NCBI GenBank assembly: GCA_964354215.1
Contig: CAYGYT010000001.1
Span: 11,199 to 75,198, forward strand
Direction of reading: 5' to 3'
DNA length: 64,000 bases
Source of the DNA: an uncultured Eubacteriales bacterium
Lineage (GTDB): Bacteria > Actinomycetota > Coriobacteriia > Anaerosomatales > CAVRZR01
In this document: positions 61,721 through 64,000 of the stretch, piece after piece
Position numbering within the stretch: the first letter of the stretch is position 1
How the letters are laid out: each line of letters starts with the position of its first letter
Notes under the pieces: model-generated
Told to the model about the DNA's origin: nothing
The model's input: the letters and a program-made list of their open reading frames with translations, nothing else
The model's database searches: none
Position numbers and translations under genes: made by a program

Positions 61721-61770
61721 GCTGGGGGAACAAGGGGCCGAAGGAGACCACACACCCCCATCTGTTGTGT

Positions 61771-63766
<1,996 letters not shown>

Positions 63767-63804
63767 TCGAGGGCCGCACAGGGGGCAGGAGCGAGCACAC
63801 GGGC

Positions 63805-64000
63805 GTGGCTGACCGAGGTTTCGATTTCGGGCCGGTACAACGGCGCGACGCCAAGCGCTTCGAACCGCCCCCCTGGGAACAGGACCGGTTCGAGGAGCTG
63901 TCGCGGCGGCGTGCGGAGGAAGAGGCGGCGGGCGCGGCGCTCGAGAAAGAAGCCCGGGCGAATCGCCTCGACGAGCCCGACGCCGAGCTGGACGAAGCGG
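63805..64000 (+). CDS. 5' part of an unidentified CDS running off the window (not gyrA-like)
   Basis: Open frame from GTG 63805 with a strong GC3 bias ((M)ADRGFDFGPVQRRDAKRFEPPPWEQDRFEELSRRR...). No clear RBS. Confidence 0.3.
   Translation, partial: MADRGFDFGPVQRRDAKRFEPPPWEQDRFEELSRRRAEEEAAGAALEKEARANRLDEPDAELDEA

Overview
High-GC, gene-dense window with no transposase, integrase, CRISPR array or rRNA that I could see. It reads as the replication-origin neighbourhood of a Gram-positive, Actinomycetota-like anaerobe. All protein calls rest on motif and family recognition by eye plus start, stop and RBS inspection; no searches were run. Right third: parB-parA-rsmG-jag-yidC-yidD-rnpA-rpmH on the minus strand, a DnaA-box cluster, then dnaA-dnaN-recF-DUF721(DciA-like)-gyrB on the plus strand, with two near-consensus parS sites at the rsmG start. 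Left end: dnaB, rplI, a DUF2232-like membrane protein, rpsR, ssb, rpsF, an M23 peptidase and tRNA-Gly(CCC). Between them lie a trkA-trkA-peptide-trkH operon, a GGDEF cyclase, a CcsA-like haem-handling protein and an M28 peptidase. They are followed by a Crp/Fnr regulator divergent from a YgbA_NO-ferredoxin-cytochrome operon, and a PafBC-like WYL pair convergent with a DinG-exonuclease fusion. The rest of the middle carries feoAB, a P-type ATPase, an orphan histidine kinase, ddl, htrA, rubrerythrin, rlmN and addAB. The most unusual content is a co-directional locus (36.6-42.1 kb) with two paralogous, C-terminally anchored multihaem cytochromes flanking a DUF4012 protein. Each cytochrome has four CxxCH sites plus a conserved one-residue-shorter CxCH site. 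A third CxCH/CxxCH protein at 17.1 kb and a divergent CcsA-like protein (WWD signature altered) at 13.5 kb may belong to the same story. Other items worth checking: a GHKL-ATPase/wHTH gene sitting between the DnaA-box cluster and dnaA, and a 6C-like sRNA candidate. Three long structured leaders also stand out (window start, trk operon, P-type ATPase), as do several small ORFs missing from the ORF track. Most long antisense ORFs in the track are high-GC artefacts.
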